IMG/VR virus record: IMGVR_UViG_2049941000_000254
Length of the DNA stretch: 64,000 nucleotides
Reading direction: 5' to 3' (one strand)
Source of the DNA: an uncultured virus (IMG/VR IMGVR_UViG_2049941000_000254)
Lineage: Duplodnaviria; Heunggongvirae; Uroviricota; Caudoviricetes
In this document: piece by piece, positions 61,019-64,000 of the stretch
Layout: every line of letters starts with the position of its first letter
Numbering within the stretch: position 1 is the first letter of the stretch
Notes under the pieces: model-generated
Database searches by the model: none
Told to the model about the DNA's origin: nothing
What the model saw: the letters and a program-made list of their open reading frames with translations, nothing else
Program-made: the position numbers and the translations under genes

Positions 61019-61965
61019 CACTGTCGGCTCATATTCGGAATTCTCCATTCAATGCGGGAATCCGTGAACTACCGTGTTCCCCCACCANNNNNNNNNNNNN
61101 NNNNNNNNNNNNNNNNNNNNNNNNNNNNNNNNNNNNNNNNNNNNNNNNNNNNNNNNNNNNNNNNNNNNNNNNNNNNNNNNNNNNNNNNNNNNNNNNNNNN
61201 NNNNNNNNNNNNNNNNNNNNNNNNNNNNNNNNNNNNNNNNNNNNNNNNNNNNNNNNNNNNNNNNNNNNNNNNNNNNNNNNNNNNNNNNNNNNNNNNNNNN
61301 NNNNNNNNNNNNNNNNNNNNNNNNNNNNNNNNNNNNNNNNNNNNNNNNNNNNNNNNNNNNNNNNNNNNNNNNNNNNNNNNNNNNNNNNNNNNNNNNNNNN
61401 NNNNNNNNNNNNNNNNNNNNNNNNNNNNNNNNNNNNNNNNNNNNNNNNNNNNNNNNNNNNNNNNNNNNNNNNNNNNNNNNNNNNNNNNNNNNNNNNNNNN
61501 NNNNNNNNNNNNNNNNNNNNNNNNNNNNNNNNNNNNNNNNNNNNNNNNNNNNNNNNNNNNNNNNNNNNNNNNNNNNNNNNNNNNNNNNNNNNNNNNNNNN
61601 NNNNNNNNNNNNNNNNNNNNNNNNNNNNNNNNNNNNNNNNNNNNNNNNNNNNNNNNNNNNNNNNNNNNNNNNNNNNNNNNNNNNNNNNNNNNNNNNNNNN
61701 NNNNNNNNNNNNNNNNNNNNNNNNNNNNNNNNNNNNNNNNNNNNNNNNNNNNNNNNNNNNNNNNNNNNNNNNNNNNNNNNNNNNNNNNNNNNNNNNNNNN
61801 NNNNNNNNNNNNNNNNNNNNNNNNNNTCTTCTGCATAGCGCAGATGCCGTGTCACCGTAATCTTATGGATGATGAAGGCAATCCGAAAACCGAAGCGGTC
61901 ACCTACGAGTCTCTTGACGAAATCGACCAGGAAACAATGAAGCAATTCGAAAAGATGGTAAAGTA

Positions 61966-62226
61966 ATGATTGAATACTTCTACTTCAATTTCGCCTACTC
62001 GCTGAACGGAAAGAAGAACCCGTATGCAAGGTACCATGACATGTTCTGCCGTGTCACGGTACCTAGTAGCCCGGATGCAGCAAAGGTTGCCCTTGAAAAG
62101 TTCTCCACCAGGTTCAAGCGAAACGAATGGGGCTTCCAGTACACCCAGGCCGAGTTCGATACTTTCCCGTCTAAACCGTGGTGGAAGGATACCGAAAGGG
62201 TCGTAGACTTCGATGACCTCCGTTAA
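61966..62226 (+). CDS. hypothetical protein
   Basis: TAATG overlap with the upstream frame. Confidence 0.65.
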   Translation: MIEYFYFNFAYSLNGKKNPYARYHDMFCRVTVPSSPDAAKVALEKFSTRFKRNEWGFQYTQAEFDTFPSKPWWKDTERVVDFDDLR

Positions 62227-62617
62227 AGGATATCACAGAGTATGAGGAGCCCTATTATCACTAAGAACACAATAGCCACCAGGAACATTTCGTTTGCACA
62301 CGGACCGTAGATGGCCGCATAGGGGTTTCCAGCATACTGTGCCACGTAAAGTGTCGTTGCTGTGCTTAATGATTGCATAATCTTACCTACCCATAATGAT
62401 TGCATAATCTTACCTACCCATAATCTAGCTTATTCGTTCCACTTTTTCAAAGCTATTTGTCGGGTGATGACACATATCACAGCTCGCATTCGGTGTGATT
62501 TCTGTCATCCATTCGGCGTGATTTTGCCTACCGTGTTCCACCTTCCCCAGGAAAACGGGGACCTGAGGGACCATCGTATGGGCAACGAAACAAAAACAAC
62601 TCAACAAGGAGACACTT

Positions 62618-63382
62618 ATGCCACAGGCTGCACACAACTTCTTCGAAAAGGAACTGAAACCTACCCTCGTCGATGTATTCGGCGAAATCCTCGACTTCGT
62701 GACCTATGGTGACGAATGGTACCAGATTGGTGTCGAAAACGAAGGCGACATCGAGGACTGCGAATGGAAGGACCGCGACGGCTTTTGGAGCCATAATAAC
62801 GGCGGCGTTGAAATGTGTTTCACGCCGAACACCTCCATCCTGTACAACGGTTCCAGGCTCGCACCCTGCATCAAGAAGTGGGTCGATGACCAGTACGAAT
62901 CCTGCAAGGAAGATGCCAAGGAAGACGAGGACTATCTCGCCTGGAAGGCCGAACAGGAAGAAAAGGGCGAAGACTCCGATGTTGAAACCTGGCTCGCCGA
63001 TACCGACGATGGTAACGAGTTCGAGAACAACCATGAGAACAACTGGATGGAAGCCTCCCCGTTCTGCAAGGTCGAGGCCTGGTTGCAGGGCCCGGACAGC
63101 TACCAGTTCCACGGCCCGGTCGAACCGAGTACGATCTTGAAACTCCACTTCGAGTTCTGCTTCAACGATGACCTCGGCTATGGCCGTCCGTACATTTCCT
63201 GGTGCCCCGGTGTCGGTGACCACCCGAAGTGTGAAGCCAACATCTTCTTCGAGGCCAAGGATGTCGAGAAGGTCCGTGAACTTATCAAGACCAAGATTCT
63301 CGAAATGGCAAAGTGCCCGGACAACGAGCAGCGCGAGAAGGAAGAGTTCTACACCGATGGACTGGATGACCGTCCGTTCTAA
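62618..63382 (+). CDS. highly acidic hypothetical protein
   Basis: Repeat, SD and ATG. Confidence 0.85.
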   Translation: MPQAAHNFFEKELKPTLVDVFGEILDFVTYGDEWYQIGVENEGDIEDCEWKDRDGFWSHNNGGVEMCFTPNTSILYNGSRLAPCIKKWVDDQYESCKEDAKEDEDYLAWKAEQEEKGEDSDVETWLADTDDGNEFENNHENNWMEASPFCKVEAWLQGPDSYQFHGPVEPSTILKLHFEFCFNDDLGYGRPYISWCPGVGDHPKCEANIFFEAKDVEKVRELIKTKILEMAKCPDNEQREKEEFYTDGLDDRPF

Positions 63383-63418
63383 AAACAATTTTTAATTTTC
63401 AAAAACGAGGATAATATC

Positions 63419-63811
63419 ATGCAGAGATTCACACTTTCCAAATTTTACAGACCGGAAAATGTCGTGGAACACGCCGTATCCCGAGTAAAGGAATGCGGTG
63501 GAACTCTCGACAAAATCCGCTACCCGAAACTCGGCGACGCAACCGGAGCAATCTGGGTCACCTTCACCAAGAACGGCATGCCCGATGCGTTCCGCATCAG
63601 CAAGGGTCCCATGGGTCCCTACCGCCTGTTCGAACTCCCCGCGCTCACGTTCTTCCAGGACGATGATGTGGCGAAGTTCATGGTGGACACGCTCCGCGCC
63701 CTGCCGGACAAGGGTACACTCAAAACCACTAACAAGGCCGCATTCGAGGCAATCTGCCATTGGCTCCACAAGGCACCACGGACGGTCATGAAGGAAATCA
63801 AGGAGGTATAA
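63419..63811 (+). CDS. hypothetical protein
   Basis: GAGGA SD. Confidence 0.75.
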   Translation: MQRFTLSKFYRPENVVEHAVSRVKECGGTLDKIRYPKLGDATGAIWVTFTKNGMPDAFRISKGPMGPYRLFELPALTFFQDDDVAKFMVDTLRALPDKGTLKTTNKAAFEAICHWLHKAPRTVMKEIKEV

Positions 63812-64000
63812 ATGTACAACAAGGCCAAACGCTACAACATCCCGACATACAAGGAATCTAAGGGCATGCGCGGGGAACTCATTCGCAAGGTGGTCAACTA
63901 TCTCCATCGGCTGAATGATGAAACCACCATCCCTACCTTCCGTCACAACGCGCACTTTGCCATCCTGACGGCGCACATGATTGGGTCGAGGGAACGGTGC
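63812..64000 (+). CDS. hypothetical protein, runs off window
   Basis: GGAGG SD, then ATG TAC AAC... Confidence 0.55.
   Translation, partial: MYNKAKRYNIPTYKESKGMRGELIRKVVNYLHRLNDETTIPTFRHNAHFAILTAHMIGSRERC

Larger units (their letters stand above)
7528..62585 (+). repeat. dispersed family of about 74 direct-orientation hairpin elements (48-nt core ACCGTGT...ACATCGT plus SD leader) heading gene units
   Basis: Core starts at 7531, 7933, 8527, 9008, 9642, 10088, 10820, 11537, 12142, 12721, 13063, 13516, 14489, 14936, 15580, 15968, 16557, 17183, 17783, 18489, 19456, 20262, 21101, 21763, 22281, 23149, 23683, 24111, 24788, 25431, 26201, 27009, 27470, 28175, 29203, 30366, 31030, 31351, 32054, 33175, 34017, 34751, 35781, 36405, 37158, 37665, 38189, 39418 (partial), 39478, 40462, 40946, 41984, 42456, 43105, 43745, 45475, 46358, 46932, 47338, 47728, 48200, 49030, 50182, 51309, 52627, 53496, 54128, 55014, 55940, 56936, 58130, 60424, 61071, 62530. 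Confidence 0.97.

Noticed and set aside
7528..62585. CRISPR array interpretation of the repeats
   Set aside because: Intervening sequences are hundreds to thousands of bp and protein-coding, repeats are too degenerate, and no cas genes are present
7528..62585. Canonical integron/attC (CALIN) call
   Set aside because: The invariant AAC/GTT core and L boxes are absent, conservation extends to the SD, internal terminators are common, and no intI is in the window; kept only as an analogy
7528..62585. REP/BIME or MITE family
   Set aside because: All copies have one orientation and fixed spacing to a start codon, with no inverted pairs or target-site duplications visible
7526..62712. Recurring peptide motifs in the ORF track (PTVFPMS...VEHRG, GTRWNIV, TMFHRVP)
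   Set aside because: These are translations of the DNA repeat from upstream GTG/TTG starts; true starts are the SD-led ATGs downstream

Overview
Gappy metagenomic-style scaffold (many N runs; some fragments demonstrably out of order) from a large mobile element, most likely a big phage or phage-plasmid. The host may be Fibrobacter-like, judged from recall of the SpoVG sequence. Bases 1-7.2 kb hold minus-strand genes behind ordinary TTG(A/C)CA-17/18-TA(T/C)ATT promoters, including a GHKL/MORC-type ATPase and a tRNA-Leu-like gene. From 7.5 kb to the end, almost every gene is on the + strand and is organised into cassette-like units. About 74 copies (hand count, including a few partial) of a fixed-length hairpin element each sit about 75-80 nt upstream of an ATG. 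The element has a 48-nt core, ACCG-TGTnnC-N4-GTnCC-N9-GGnAC-CYGRK-GnnACA-TCGT, followed by a conserved (TT)CAAC..AAGGAG Shine-Dalgarno leader. It shows extensive compensatory base changes and often abuts or overlaps the previous stop codon. It also drifts in subfamilies along the array and brackets an AT-rich foreign-looking gene. It is not CRISPR and not a canonical attC site. It is a candidate novel structure-defined cassette site or single-stranded promoter/leader system. Cargo is mostly small acidic hypothetical proteins plus RadC/JAB, SpoVG, lipoproteins and a DUF3293-like protein. The window also contains tRNA-Arg(CCG), three aberrant tRNA-like genes, three candidate structured ncRNAs, an IS200/IS605 right-end remnant and two parS-like sites. 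No integrase, capsid, replication or conjugation gene is recognisable.
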